From: Monocercomonoides exilis PA203
Lineage: Eukaryota; Protista; Preaxostyla
Reading direction: 5' to 3'
Assembly: GCA_001643675.2 (NCBI GenBank)
Contig: LSRY02000004.1
Span: 1,302,001 to 1,366,000, forward strand
Length of the DNA stretch: 64,000 nucleotides
Positions 51,401 to 59,700 of this stretch are shown here, piece after piece. A program made the position numbers and the translations under genes. The notes under the pieces are model-generated. The model saw only the letters and a list, made by a program, of their open reading frames with translations. It had not been told where the DNA came from and searched no databases. The first letter of the stretch is position 1; each line of letters opens with the position of its first letter.

Positions 51401-52660
51401 CATTGAAAAAAAAGTTTGATATAACATCAATGCACCCGCTTCACCTCCCCTGCTTTCGCTTTGAATCATCCTTAAGCGCGAACAAATCACAGGAGATGTC
51501 GATCCATAAATAATTCCAACGCCTCGGAGACCAGCTTCGCATTGAGATGCATTAAGATCAGTAACACTCACAGAATACATGTTATTGACTGTTCTCATAA
51601 ATCCTTCTCGACCCACTGCAACACATTTTTCAACAGAACACCTTTGAATCAACAATGGCCCGACATCAGTTAAATGCAAAACATTTCCATATCCTTCTGG
51701 ATGTGTGTTGTTGCATCTGTCAAAGAAGCACTCTCTGATTGTGAATGATTTTGTTCCAGATGCATAGATTGTTCCCCCGTTAGACTGTTTACTTTCGACA
51801 TTGAATGTTGTCTGCTCGATCACAACATCTCCGTCGGAGCTGTCAAATACTCGTCTGTTGTGTTCGGTAACTGTGCAAGCAGAAAAGGATGTATTGCGAC
51901 AAACAAATGACGATAGTGGCCTGCCAATTATGAGCACAGAGCAGAATGGGTTCTCCACCCTTGAAACTTCGCACCCAGCAACGGAACTCTCTCTTGTCTT
52001 CAGGAAAAATTGTTTGTTAACGGTGTTGGGACTGCGATGGCTAATGTTTCGAAAGGCGCATTCCATCATGAAAAAATTGTCAATGTTTCCCGAAGCAGCA
52101 AGTGGATAAACTGTTTGAACAGCAAGAGAAGAAAACGCAGAAGAATGCATGCGGAGTGAGCTTTCATTGTGCAATTCTGCAATGCTATTTCGAATGATAT
52201 TTTGTTTTCCAAAATTGGAGATGGAGATGTTGGACAGTTCAAGCTCGCTGGATATCGAACAAAATGGTGCAGTACTCCAATTGGACAAAATCAACATGCA
52301 ACTGTGAACAGTGCACTCCGATCCTTGCACAATGGAAAATAAAGAATTATCTCCCTGTTGAAGAAGAATTGTTTGTGACGCATCCAATGAAGAATTAATT
52401 GTGCTGATGGATGATGAAAGAACGCTTGAAGCCTCATGGGCGTTGGGATTGTTTGCGAAAGAACGAGACTGAATTGATGAAAATTTTAGATGTTCTCTTT
52501 CTTCGAATTTTTCGCTTGGTTCATGTTTTTTTATGAAGGCAATACAAGAATGGTGGGGAACTAAACATTCGGATGTGGTATTTGATGGTGTGTTGAAACT
52601 TGATATTGGAGCAAGCGCAAATTGAAATTGGAAGAATGTGAAATAAAGAATGCATATCAT
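40421..52660 (-). CDS. Giant single-pass receptor-like protein (4079 aa): signal peptide, Cys-rich beta-helix ectodomain with 8 modules, TM, TKL-like pseudokinase
   Basis: Intronless ORF with hydrophobic N-terminus MICILYFTFFQFQFALA, repeated GGAIY/GGGVY and FxxN/C motifs, eight CGxxxxxCx(S/T) modules, and TM at ~41670-41737. C-lobe motifs LRWKAPE and FSIGMILWE are present; HRD and DFG are absent. Confidence 0.9.
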   Translation of the reverse strand: MICILYFTFFQFQFALAPISSFNTPSNTTSECLVPHHSCIAFIKKHEPSEKFEEREHLKFSSIQSRSFANNPNAHEASSVLSSSISTINSSLDASQTILLQQGDNSLFSIVQGSECTVHSCMLILSNWSTAPFCSISSELELSNISISNFGKQNIIRNSIAELHNESSLRMHSSAFSSLAVQTVYPLAASGNIDNFFMMECAFRNISHRSPNTVNKQFFLKTRESSVAGCEVSRVENPFCSVLIIGRPLSSFVCRNTSFSACTVTEHNRRVFDSSDGDVVIEQTTFNVESKQSNGGTIYASGTKSFTIRECFFDRCNNTHPEGYGNVLHLTDVGPLLIQRCSVEKCVAVGREGFMRTVNNMYSVSVTDLNASQCEAGLRGVGIIYGSTSPVICSRLRMIQSESRGGEAGALMLYQTFFSMTATELLCDSNFAASFGGAIFVCKDHEGSVTAPMFSYCFFENNSASNGNDIVFTEHYHNLIDSSCILFCFSLSKQNRVWMCTQGYRACTNGEERNSLLPNPSGTVIHVDPMRESGDVAGCGDISNECSTLGFSCKQWINSYHLSVKLYSGKYAEDSISLAFQNIVIEKNTSSSSITIHTIPSSSAFCTLLGGSLDMRGMQIVHSSTSSSDKCLFAENSEDSVLALHECSLKADSTSAAFNKPFFLLTKGEASLESCEISSVLFESTSLFATEQQAHLVLSNVKISMVSRRTGDGSVFSKAVQAEENFVLSNVSLENCKCFDGNGGALYLELNAHSTAQVGVDSGCLFDTCTVPADSQKKRKGGAIYLCLREGAGDFQLKSVQFSGCNGWKGKNVFIESAELLRTANTNTIGFHPVIGIGITDFDELSGMENGDESVIFPLALFLRNFTSPAYVSGQITDNNYRLCGYSDYPCQSVEGASAARFANTKRNIRLLPSFSFRTETLLDSQSYAFDAEEDSMPINVGSSQAKVSEGLLINSVETSFSRIKFVLEASLNGRNAFILSNANVLSMTDCAAVPAASGASVSYCLVKITSGKLLVTRFAAPLAQKLSFGNAPFVAISGSASADFDALDANGMTTTGSDGLISVDSTGTTTIKSSTFHSSNLTSSAFVASSSGTYSLTAKNTTFEEIKRTAGDGSCVFLNTRSGFASSFTASNCTFTKCTVTENGKGGGAIGLHISSQSALTLESSAFTSCQAPKPSAGSKGKGGAVLIDFSEVNTRYLLANTLIFASNTAEHGNDLFVSSVDLASSITTAAFQFFLQDAPFAAESCAGIDSQWPSVAIPLVFYLLPRESDVHVLSEGNDVSACGFADYGCQTIAFALTQRTDESGELIVHPVYALSETITLSGANEITFEGTVAETRMRMIGTQTGAAEAMIRMEQASTWKHLAFCLQPTIPSPQSSVFLVCSTNAMLNLEECSILAEQGEEKCAFGFLTVAEGSFAMTRFTVNSIGFQSAEMVKVCSKGSGAIELCTWTNVTSAVETGIIAYSSAGTLSMHNTTISQSAFSCCSFVEDKRGKSLVAENNTFSGITKNEGNGSVIKADIGENESLELNDVSVDSCSSVMGCGGGVYISTSSTAKVRIGKEGTATRFARCSAKGTLPKCGFGGGVFLKCADWLADLVLTAVSFGTDGDSASNEAEGGGSNVFVEGHSLDKIVTNQSFKFNIDKESTAEFGKLCGFEDGNVSYAIPLVVFLLTFEPPAIAGGNTGFDYRMCGVSIYPCATIPFAISKRFPASNSSGASIRLTADFSFKDAISFDTQPTEVTVEQIGGIIDVRSDGMGEGAGLLCSSVNVKFSEIVFGLPGSFDEPSRTSLFLCLSATLTIHRCEFQNSSSSAVEYRIIFVTNGKVELNGCKMKDFAMGNAGIIALDGSDAECAIEGMEASKLSREGEGALLLAVRGKKLGIENSSIENSTMANSSHIAIYSLANGLVKNVTFSNLSRTNGDGGVIVGELGAGEVLGVENCSFKLCGCYSARTIGGCVLMDVEEGGTFRFERNKVEFCIVSSGDGYGGGLFLTFASSHLDYSMRNNTFENNGALRGKDAYVVCEEPGAAILLMYWNGSASEDNAPDRLWVRSLSEPADGGATMIDYLFPPPTSFVFVDGGASAVENCGSKRNPCTSVELGFQKMDSSHTIIQLEGNTPIDSVVNRHRVSLTIQSNATTKAMIFGTSGKFELVEGSRSTTLTFSRLGFVLPSSPNPSPEMSSLVEVSIGQCSFLDCTFEQGSSSNSNPSKWIVSGVGGVVHFDSCTFSNIPFQAAGVVLIDGASLLLEACSFSSISSDARKGLITGSGNCDITLKDTGFENCETTNGHMLEMTRPKSVEISGACTFEGCTSTEGDGEALCCVLEGEGSLVMNKTSIVSCGVNAVNGRGGGIYLDLKENVNVFLFSDLTFSRNEAFEGKDMFVRSADLNASIIPSLFDFEYFGADGETKVDLKGRDETHFVSVSADLLYFLVKYSSSTISVGSAGIDFIGCGKAETPCHSLWRGINNLQASEVSQSCFVEILDEVTIDECFEIGLSQLSIGLPAAAASPAFAKLSISQTTGGSSQSIFSSNNSLSFCSVQFHLPAFFSNGQSSVVSSSDGYLTFNSTSFHSDATSVLEYVLLSNKGGTAELLNVSVSSLVFVNCPFALSSYATLEECCFHNICSPTGTEGGAMSVCLERSDLLRMKSCRAELCKCSTGRGRGGFLHIDCSKSAAAKPFRFEGNMAFEANDAQQGRNMFIVSENLNSSVSLATFAFSFEAMKSDSNTFVGKEGEDELWDLFRYLVPYSAATIHLSDAGTDVMRCGSADDPCCSFWKGMQQISSEASPKLISITKSTEVANTFTLSNFTIQSSLLAEDEMATSKLSFGEKAGDSMDPFFRCADELMLKCVSLIISSSFNNSASALVQCEGGVLSLAQCVFGTEAGLGGMRQSRCSFVACLKGKLSLVDVSVESASISKSAIVVGSAVCEIINFTCSFVNISDGGVLEVVEVIELVKGVNAYEKSRITVTSSAIASVTRTDNGAAVIDSNTESGVVVVDVNSSTISDCKAGQSQKGGAVFVKLTGDGSFSVVKSAILRCCCSDEGKGGAFYVDSMGNGALHLLFQSVSFTGNTAKVGNDIFVSCHSISAQINETQFRFDLREGVYVRQNAIYGIDTTDHTTDTNLMDFITIYQADTVVACSLPESRGRNERQCGTHLLPCLSLDYAIAHVTADFESRLVVEGASVIEDELTLDSLLLASRSKSVSTISISSLATQGSEAVITTLNTVAITNLCFVFGHQFSSSHSSFISPGSGVVELTNCSFSSDSVLPLFPLLCFSKGDGVLNGCLFSSLSLKSSVVIASSSCSVAITSTRFTSISSAGSVISCENSRDAAISHTTFTNNTLSSSSTSSSTTLSAASVGRLTLANCSMSGWPSMLKRGILAKLSLCNNVMFDQCYFEAIVEDKISSRRNFSPQELCRWNGSLVEIASSTAAMKDTSFANSPEGGLSVCGGSATIEKGEFANNNPSIEGYPSARRNIVCGDAGSLDVMSLKGGDGVLPNTSMWILNEGCTVGGMAEERNSVFFIPQLDGVEAEDDGGETTLKFHGSLLLPCNLWFQMATTVGSASSMAAHQFEADGFAGEGEAVGVLPSGAIRSAPEEAEVSVCILFGRIDSPSSTESFVLKNRSESEIKGDGRIVEGGKEGKSSSSTVIIIVLVVILLIVLIASILVTIRWRKQKRRTEELEVIVEDTVKKDPKAFEMVTMEMSPEEQWRKAEREAEKKNEERIKKRVYAKSLGHSESSEHLLSESGSTEYILGRDSDKIPEWMLEKVDEKEEEETRKRTPSPSISSTSTTDSDSTFVRREDLCPTTSSMSNLVDAMACSSPHEKLIVDLRDSLFMLLHGRNEKKEMAIGTFQEREYTAVQILFWVANLALHSFDEMDNPLSSLANLSPHIVLFSEHMVICIAMHSDFSSDDSDSSSISSSTVVTSASDDNDSGSLPSSAFEDEDDYKKECLRWKAPELLINKKMGATKETVAFSIGMILWECLTLKIPFGEYEAEVAGQKIVNGERPKIEAIQKQTLKAIIKGCIAGEAPERYSLSALKREFIQLFPPGAVMLTISDAVDYDEPSAQDQTQYRTGPESQSIVNP

Positions 52661-52908
52661 TTATTTTTTTGTTCAAAAGGTCAAATGGAAAACTTGAACC
52701 AACAAGAATCTTAACGTTGTTTGTGTTCGACCTTTGAGAAAAGAAAAATGAAAATGAGAAGATATTGAAGGAAAAGAATCAAAGAAAGATTTATTTTTAT
52801 TGAGAATATTTTATGGTTTATTCAGGTTCAGATCGAATATTTAGAATGGATACGCCCAAAAATAATTCAAATTCGGGGGAAAAAAATAATTCATATTCGG
52901 AATTAATA

Positions 52909-52952
52909 GGGTGATTATTTTATCCGGACAATTTTTTATCCGAACATTTTTT
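52909..52952 (+). mobile_element. Solo terminal inverted repeat of the same pogo family as 14102-16131
   Basis: TA|GGGTGATTATTTTATCCGGACAATTTTTTATCCGAACATTTTTT matches both TIRs of the 14-16 kb element. No partner end found. Confidence 0.7.
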
Positions 52953-53127
52953 AAATTGGAATTTCTCAATAAATAAAAACAAAAAATAGCAAAAGCATAT
53001 TGCATAAGGTATGAATACGTATTTAATGTTCATACAAAAATATTTTCTTGTCAATTTTTGTTTTTGATGAAGATCCTGGGAATTTTTAATTTATTTTTGA
53101 TCATTTGTTTTGTCCACTTGGACTATC

Positions 53128-53728
53128 TTTTTTTTTTTTTTGTTTGTTTGTTTGTTTGTTTGTTTGTTTGTTTGTTTGTTTGTTTATCTTTAACTCAAAG
53201 GATATGAAACAAATACAACGAAGTTTCAAAATTGCAAATATTATTTATTTTTAACTAGTTTTTCGATTGTTTTTCATATTTCATCGTTTTTATCAAAAAA
53301 AAGGAAAAATATAAGTTTTCTGAATTATTGTATTACATTAAGATTTAAGTTTTAAATCGATTTGATAATATGATAAAAAACAATGCAGTTTTTGTTAATT
53401 CGTCACATTAAATCGAATCAAAAATGAAATGAGCTTAAATGAAATAATCAAAAAATGATCGATGCAACTTCAGCAACAACATTTCACCTTATTTGAACGT
53501 GGTGAATGCTTTACGTTAGTTATTCACTTTTCATACGAATCACTTTAAATATCCATTAAACATTGTATCGCAAAGAATTTTAAGTTTTACAAATTTTTTG
53601 ATAAAAACGATGAAATATGAAAAACAATCGAAAAACTAGTTAAAAATAAATAATATTTGCAATTTTGAAACTTCGTTGTATTTGTTTCATATCCTTTGAG
53701 TTAAAGATAAACAAACAAACAAACAAAC

Positions 53729-53792
<64 letters not shown>
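53128..53792. repeat. Fold-back: inverted arms 53128-53300 and 53594-53792, ~290 bp spacer; outer ends poly(T)-(GTTT)n and (AAAC)n-poly(A)
   Basis: ATCTTTAACTCAAAGGATATGAAAC...CATCGTTTTTATCAAAAAA is the reverse complement of TTTTTTGATAAAAACGATG...CCTTTGAGTTAAAGAT. A 60-nt A run lies at 53733-53792. Confidence 0.9.
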
Positions 53793-53795
<3 letters not shown>

Positions 53796-54313
53796 AAGAA
53801 AGAAAGAAAGAAAAAAAGAAAAAAGAAAAAAACTGCTTTTTGAAAATCAGTTATCATTATTTAAAAAATGAAAAATTATTATTTGTTCCCAATAAATGTT
53901 TTGATTTCAAAAAGTTATCACATTCATTGATAAATATTCAAATTTCCCTTCAAAATAAAAAAAATGAAAGTTTGTATCATATTATCTGATTCCTTTATTT
54001 GTTCGGTAATTTGTATGAAATTAGACAAATGTTACAAGTTATAAGAAAAAATGTATGTCAATTAAAGAACATTTATAAAAAACAAGCTGACATTTAAAAT
54101 TTTAAAGAAATATAAAAAAGACATTACCAAAATAAACAGCAAATGAAATGATAAGTTCATTATAAATTAAAATAATACAAATTCAAATTTGTAATTATGC
54201 TCTCAAAAGCAAATGAATCATCTGTAAAAGCCGCCAAAAACTCCTATTAAACTTCTCCTTTTTTGAAATAACATTTTCTTTTTCAAAAGACTATTATATT
54301 TTTAATCGAATAA

Positions 54314-55838
54314 TTAAGTATAAGAAGTGGATAATGGAGAAGAAGGCATATGAGTAGATGACGATGGAGTTGCTGAAGACGTTGCCGATGAGGAGTGTTT
54401 CTGGTTCATCGCTCTCCTCCTTTCCATCTGATTATCTTTTGGAGTAGAAGCAAATGCAGATTTTTCAACAGGAATATCTTTCCTTTTCACTTCAGCCGAG
54501 GCTGATCTTGCATTTGTTTTATCTATAACGCTTGTGTGAGGATGCGTCCCGGCTGGCAGCATCAACCTAAAAGACGAAGGGCACGGAATTAGAAGAGTAA
54601 AAGTAGAGCCAACACCAATTCCAGAAGCAACAGTAAATGTCCCGTTGAACTGCTTCGTGAAGAAGTATGCTTTTGTCAAGCCAAATCCTCCTCCAAGAGT
54701 TCTTCTATGCGCAACATTGCTTCCTCGAACACCGTATTCGATGATGTGAGTGATTTCTGACTCTTCAATGCCTAGTCCATTATCTTTCACTTCTATCATC
54801 AGCTTTGTTCCATCATTAATCATTCTTGCTTTTATTGTAGCTCCAGGCAAAGAATATTTCCTTGCATTCATAATCAGATCTCGCATAACATCTTGAAACA
54901 CGGGAGGAAGATGTATTGAACCTTCTTGTACACCGCGAAACTCTAAGTCAACAAGCATGTCAGTTGCAACTTTTCGATCTTCTTCACGAAAAACAATTCC
55001 AGAGACCATAATAGTTCCTTTGGCAACAGCAAGAAGAACAGTTTCCATGTTTTTGCGAAGTGTTTCAGTTTTGTACATAACCCACGCATCTCCAGGAAGT
55101 GTTAGACGCTGAGTAAGTTCTTTAGTCCTGATTTCAACAATTGGAAGAAGATTATTTTCAATCCATCTGATATCTTTCCAAAATGCTTTTGAAATCGGTG
55201 TAAACGAAGATCCTGATATAGCCATTTGTTTTTGTTCATATTCAGTGAATGTCTTTTTTGCTTGATCAATTTCCTGAACAATTTTTGTTTTGAGAATTGG
55301 AAGTTTAAAAAGAAGTGCAATTGTATTCTGAAAATTTAAATGTAAAAAAGAAAATCATTAAAATGAATTTATCAAAAAGGGTGTAATCACATACTGAAAT
55401 TGAAGAAAGTGATTTGCCAATTTCGGTAACAATTCTTAATGTTTCTTCAAAAACTAAATAGATATTTATTTTGAATTGGTTACATTTTATATTCGAAAAA
55501 AGCTTAACCAACCTCCATCATCCACCATATTTAGAGCGACACGACACTTCCCAACAGCATCTAAAAACAAAAAATGAGAATAAATTATTTGATAAAAATA
55601 TATTATTATTCATACCCAGAAGAACATTTATCAGATTTGCAAAGCTATAAAAAAGGCAAAGTAATTTATTTAATAATTAGTATCAAATTGCAACAACATA
55701 AATATTTCCAAACCTGTGAAAAATTAATCGTGCTTTTTCCTCTTCGGTCAAGTTTAATTCAGTGTCAAAAGATATAACTTTAGCTCCTGCAATTGAATCA
55801 TCTCCTTTTTCTTCTTCCTCATTATATTCCAGGGACAT
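54314..55838 (-). CDS. Stand-alone bacterial-type histidine kinase (candidate H-box + HATPase_c), ~424 aa; exons 55838-55714, 55644-55616, 55560-55513, 55453-55395, 55327-54314
   Basis: N box RDLIMNARKYS, G1 EVKDNGLGI, G2 GGGFGLT, G3 GVGSTFTLLIP. Splicing four GT-AG introns gives the N-terminal LIFHSFANLINVL (candidate phospho-His helix). Total 1275 nt. Confidence 0.85.
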
Positions 55839-56786
55839 TTCTTCTATATTAATAGAAAAAATTGAACTCTAGAATAACAACTTATTAGTCAGATCAGGAA
55901 AATAATTTGATCAACAATTATTTAAAAAAGCATTTGTTAAGGATGTTGCTCAGTGAAATAAATGGTGAAATTTTGTTTTAAAGAAAATGTGATTTTATTC
56001 TATATCTTGCAGATTTTCACCATGGAATATTCCTAAAGCAACACATCATGGAATCTTTTAAATTTATTGATTTTGAGTCAAGAAGAATTTCTCAAGATTT
56101 AAAATTATCATATGGAAATGTCTATGTTATGTTAACTATTGAAAGAAGCAAAAAGATATTCTTACATTTTTCTTTCTTTTTTTCAGAATTCTTACAAGAC
56201 CTGAATTTTGAACTGCGCAATCCAAAACACATCTGCTATTGTTATTATCTACTTATATAAAATTTCTTTTTTCTTTACTGTAGAAAAATTATCTTTTTAA
56301 CAATTTATTACCTTGAAAATTACTTTGTTTGAAACAAATGACACATTTTGCATCAAAAAATGATCCAAAAATATTCGCATACGTCTGTGATTCAGAAATA
56401 GATGTACATTGATGATAGTATTTTCATAATATTCTTTTCATTTCAAATCGAAGAAACAATGCAATTTGGAAATTATTTCAATACTGGTATAGATAAACGA
56501 ATTTAAACTCATCGTTTTAACGTATAGAAATTTGAGCATATATTTTTATCGGAAGTTAACAATTATTTGTTTTTCCTGTGCTTGTTTTTTCGTTTCTCTG
56601 AGAAAATATCAGTTGTTGTTCATATTTCAATGGAGGTTATTTGAGTTTTTCCACAAGAGAATAAATAAATAAATAAAATCTCCCAATTCTCATCAATCAC
56701 AAATTTTTATTTGTTTTCTTTATTTTTCCACTTTTATAATAGATTTTCCGTTGTTTAAAATTAAGGGGCTTTCAATTTTTTTCAGA

Positions 56787-59700
56787 ATGTCCGATTCAGT
56801 TTTAGTTGCAATTCGTGTGCGCCCCTTGAACAGTAAAGAAAAATCTGAAAAATGTACCGAAATACAGACAATAACGGGAAATTCAATATCAATAAAGGAT
56901 CCAGAAACGTACTGCTTTTTATTTTTATTAAAGAGAAGTTTTTTCGTTAATATTTTTCTGTGGAATTCAATTGCTCGCATTTTATTTATTTAATAAGTGG
57001 AAAATCAAAAACATTTGCATATGATTATGTTTATGGCCCAACTACTCAACAAATAGTTCGTATTTTTTGTTTTTTAATTATCTTTTCTTTAACTTCAATT
57101 TTCTTTTTCAAAGGATGTTTATAATGACCTAGGACTTCTTTATCTTGAAAATTGTTGGTCTGGCTATAATTGTACGCTTTTTGCGTATGGTCAGACAGGC
57201 TCGGGAAAATCTTATTCAATGACTGGAAATTCAACCCCACAGGAAGATCGAGGCATCATTCCTCGTGGATGTGAAGAAATGTTTAAAAGAATTGAATCCA
57301 CATCTTCTGATACAGTATCATATGATGTAAGATGCTCATATTTGGAAATTTACAACGAGAAATTATCAGATCTTTTGGATCCGAAAACTTCAAAAACAAT
57401 TAAAATTAGGGAGTCTACTACAAAGGGAATATATGTGGAAAATGCATTTGAGCCAAACGTGATGTCATATGCAGACGTTGACAAGCTGCTTAGCGATGGA
57501 AACAAAGCAAGAACCGTTGCTGCAACTCAAATGAACGCGACAAGTTCAAGATCACATTCTGTCTTAACAATATATTTCACTCGGTGCGAGGTTTGAAATA
57601 CAAAAGTTCCTTCAATTTTGAAATTTTTATGTTCAATGTTGTTTTTATCCTGTTGAATGTTTCAATAACAATGTCTTTTCTGACTAGATTATAAGTGGAA
57701 AGAAAACGCAAAAAGAATCAAAAGTGAATCTTGTTGATTTGGCTGGAAGCGAAAGGCAATCAAAAACAGGAGCCACTGGCCAAGTTCTTCAAGAAGCATG
57801 CTCAATAAATAAAAGCTTATCAGGTTATTTCAATTTCATTCAAAATTCCATTGAATAAAATTATTTTAACATTATGATTATATTTTTTATTCAAAAATTA
57901 ATTCATTAATAACACCATTTCTTTCTCTTGCATGGCTTCTCCGACACTGCTGTGGTGCGCCTAGCGCTGGGCAATGTGATAGCGGCGCTGGCTGACCAGG
58001 CGAAAGGGAAGAACACGTTTGTGCCTTACAGAGACTCCATCCTCACGAGGCTGCTGCAGGAGTCACTTGGCGGGAATAGCAAGACCATTATGATCGCTGC
58101 CATGTCGCCTGCGTCATCCAACTACGACGAAAGTGTGCTTTTAGTGAGCCGGAGAGGGGGAGAATGAGGGGAAGAAAGAGGGGGAGAAGGAGAAGGAGGA
58201 GGAGAGAGGAGAGTGAAATGAAAGGGATTTAGAAATAGGAAATTATTGTAAGCTTTATTTTTTTATTGAAAAAATGGTTGTGAAAGCAATCAAAATGGAA
58301 TGTTGAACCATTCTTAAGCTTAGAAAAGAAAATGTATTTCAATTCACAACTTCAATCTTTCTTTATCTGTTTCTTTTCATACATAAATTTCTTTCAATTG
58401 ACTCTTCAATTTATTTATTTTTAATATAATCTCTTTCAAATAATTTCTTCTTAACATCTTTTTCTTTTCTTTTCTTTTCTTTTCTTTTCTTTTCTTTTCT
58501 TTTCTTTTCTTTCATTAATTTTTTTATTTGAAGGTCTTTCAACACTTCAATACGCCGACCGTGCCAAGCAGATCAAGAACAAGCCAGTTGTGAACGAAAG
58601 TGAGACAGACAAGCTGATCAAGTCTCTTCAGGAAGAAGTGGCCATGCTGAAGGCTCAGCTCCAGGCAGCAGGCGGAAGTCTTAGCAGTGGTGCAGTCAAT
58701 TCAAATGGCCTTCCTGTTGTTTCTGAGCAATCATCAGCTTCTTCTTCTTCCTCTTCCTCTTCCTCTGCTTCTGCCTCATCTTCATCCTCATCCACTGAGA
58801 ATGCCATTGATGCCGACACACTCGCCTCTCTGCAAGCCGCCGCCGAAGCGCGCCAGAACGAGCTTGAAGCAGAGCTCGAGGCAAAGCGGCTGGAGCTGGT
58901 GGAGTCGCAAAAGGCGAATGCCGAGCTGGAGCAGCAGCTGGCGAAGGAGAAAGAGCGCCTGGCGGAGCAGGAAAAAGCGCTGAGTGTGGTGCAGACGACG
59001 ACAGCAGCAGAGAAAGAGCAGCTGGCAGAGAAAGCAGCTGCACACGCGGCGGCGCTGGCTGCGCTGGAAGGGCAGATGGAGCAGCTGAAGGCGAAGCAGA
59101 AGGAGGACAGGCGAGTGGAAGACGAGCTGAACAAGAAGCAGGAAGAGATCGACGAGGCGAAGGAGATGGCAGAGAAGCTGTCGGACGAGCTGGCGGTGGC
59201 GCAGAAGCGGCTGATTGACCTGACAGAGACGGTGGAGGAGAAAGTGGCGCGAGCAGAGATGATGAAGAAGAAGAGGGAAGAATACTTGGAAGACTTGGGC
59301 ATCTCTTTGAATGAGATGGCAGACGCGCTGCGGATGAAGGACTGCCCGCAGCTGCGCAATTTGGCGCCTTGCAGAGACCAGGATGGATGTCTGGTGTATT
59401 TCCTGAGTGACGGCGTGACGAAGCTCGGGAGCACAAAGGAGGATTTGGCGAGTGCTGGAGGAGGTGTGAAGGAGGGAGGAGGGAGTGAGAACGAGAAATT
59501 ATGTTGGAATAAAAATTAATTTTGAATTGATATGATTTTATTTATTTTATATTTTCTTTCTTTCGTATTCTTTTATTGTGAACTTAACTAACTTCATTAC
59601 TATCGTTATTCATTAATTTTCTTTTAATACTCCCATATTTTATCTCTTCCAGCGCCAAGCAAGAAAATCGTCGTGAACTCATTAGGAGTCGCACCTTTGC

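Noticed and set aside
41179-52109. Many 60-240 aa plus-strand ORFs (and similar ones within other long genes)
   Set aside because: They are antisense or alternate-frame shadows of long CDSs, with no motifs.
53665-53871. Poly-Lys ORF
   Set aside because: It is a translation of the (AAAC)n/poly(A) tract of the fold-back.
10238-55838. Functional cluster of signalling genes
   Set aside because: No evidence of co-regulation; such genes are common and their proximity is plausibly chance.
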